Shown one piece after another: positions 57,975 to 58,969 of a stretch of DNA of 58,969 nucleotides. How positions within the stretch are numbered: the first letter of the stretch is position 1; every line of letters starts with the position of its first letter. Origin of the DNA: Anaerolineales bacterium. GTDB lineage: Bacteria > Chloroflexota > Anaerolineae > Anaerolineales > E44-bin32. Made by a program: the position numbers and the translations under genes. The stretch is from NCBI GenBank assembly GCA_046759305.1, contig JBHIBY010000003.1, forward strand, positions 1 to 58,969. The letters run 5' to 3'. A model generated the notes under the pieces. It was not told where the DNA came from and searched no databases. It saw nothing but the letters and a program-made list of their open reading frames with translations.

Positions 57975-58969
57975 CCTGAACCAAAGATCGTAGTCTGTGG
58001 ATGGTAGGCCGCCCAGCCATACCACTCAGTTACAAATGAGGTCACAAAAGTAAGCTGGCCGCCGGCACTCGGCCCATTGATCGCCTTCCCCGAGATATTC
58101 CATTCAGAACCCACCGAATCGACAATCCGATCCCCTTCTACTTCGAAGCTTATTAGATCCCCGTTCACTGTCGATTCAAATGCTAGTCCGAAGTCAGTGT
58201 CGGTCTCGACGAAGAGCACAATCGGCACACCGCCCAATGTGTCTTCGACGATCTGCATGCCACCTCCAAAATCGGCAAGAACGTAGGCACGGTACTCAGA
58301 CCCGACATTTACTCCGAGGACCAATTCGTTTTGAGCTAGCCGCTCGTCCCAATTGAGGATCGTGTCCTGAAATTGAGGTCCGAGCCCATCCCGGCCGGGA
58401 TCGATGCTCCGGTAGCGAGACTCGAATTCAGGGTACCAATCCAACACGGTGGTGTTCGGATAGGTGGCCAGCCAGTCTTCCCATGTTGTGTGCACGATCG
58501 GCTGAATCTCGAGTGCTTTCCCTTGCCCAGCCAGCGGACCCGTCAGAATTGAACCATCGTAGTGCGTCCATACGGAACCCGTCTGGCGATCGGCCATCAC
58601 AAACAGTCCGTTATAGAGGCCATAAACATCAAATGTGTAGCGAATTCCGTCGATTTCGGGGTTGAAACCAATCCCGCTTGAGCAAGCCACTCAATAAGTA
58701 ACCAAGTAGGGTTCGCCGTCAATCTGATCGTTGGCGATGTGGTGATATGCCATCTGGGAGATTGGATACGCGCGAGCTTCATCTCCGACAGATACTCCAA
58801 GTATCAACTCATCGGAAATTAGCCACGTCGCTTCGCTGCCTGGGACGACTATCGGATCGTTCAGGGCAATGAAGCCAGAGCCTGGGCCGATGCTCAAGCC
58901 TTCGGGATTGAGCATCAAGCCTTCGGGATTGAGCATCAAGCCTTCGGGATTGAGCATCAAGCCTTCGGG
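57971..58969 (-). CDS. DUF3179-family selenoprotein (in-frame UGA at 58693-58691), 5'-incomplete
   Basis: The two ORFs are contiguous in frame: ARAYP...HHIAND...LVTY-UGA-VACSSG, equivalent to the family TYCxxC motif; selB is in the window. Confidence 0.82.
58894..58969. repeat. 21-bp tandem repeat, about 3.6 copies, running to the window end
   Basis: (TCAAGCCTTCGGGATTGAGCA)n, perfect copies. Confidence 0.85.

Noticed and set aside
58894-58969. 21-bp tandem repeat as CRISPR array or biological VNTR
   Set aside because: No spacers and no cas genes; perfect copies run off the sequence end and overlap a local hairpin, so an assembly-end artefact is likely (needs reads to confirm)

Overview
Chromosomal segment of a bacterium, probably Chloroflexota (Anaerolineae-like); this is inferred from gene style and content, not from a search. 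Housekeeping genes: tRNA-Leu, trmFO, hflX, smpB, tmRNA, recJ, fmt, selB, hisS, tRNA-His, and a Xer-type recombinase with an adjacent dif-like site. The most striking feature is a ~15 kb minus-strand locus (931-16211). It holds rpoN, a cytoplasmic PAS histidine kinase, a sigma54 activator with no DNA-binding HTH, a small membrane protein, a 1650-aa TPR protein, a TPR/gingipain-like (clan CD) cysteine protease, a glycoside-hydrolase-like protein with a possible cell-wall-binding tail, an FtsZ whose catalytic T7 Asp is replaced by His, and a 75-aa protein resembling the protease C-terminal domain. Three consensus sigma54 promoters (TGGCAC-N5-TTGCA) lie in its intergenic gaps, one upstream of rpoN itself. 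Other observations: a His-rich leader peptide with attenuator before hisS, a UGA-containing DUF3179 selenoprotein, a GH3 lacking catalytic residues beside a kinase/FHA pair, degenerate antiporter-like subunits, a repeated 15-bp motif around the dif-like site, and many apparently leaderless genes. All family assignments come from motif recognition by eye.
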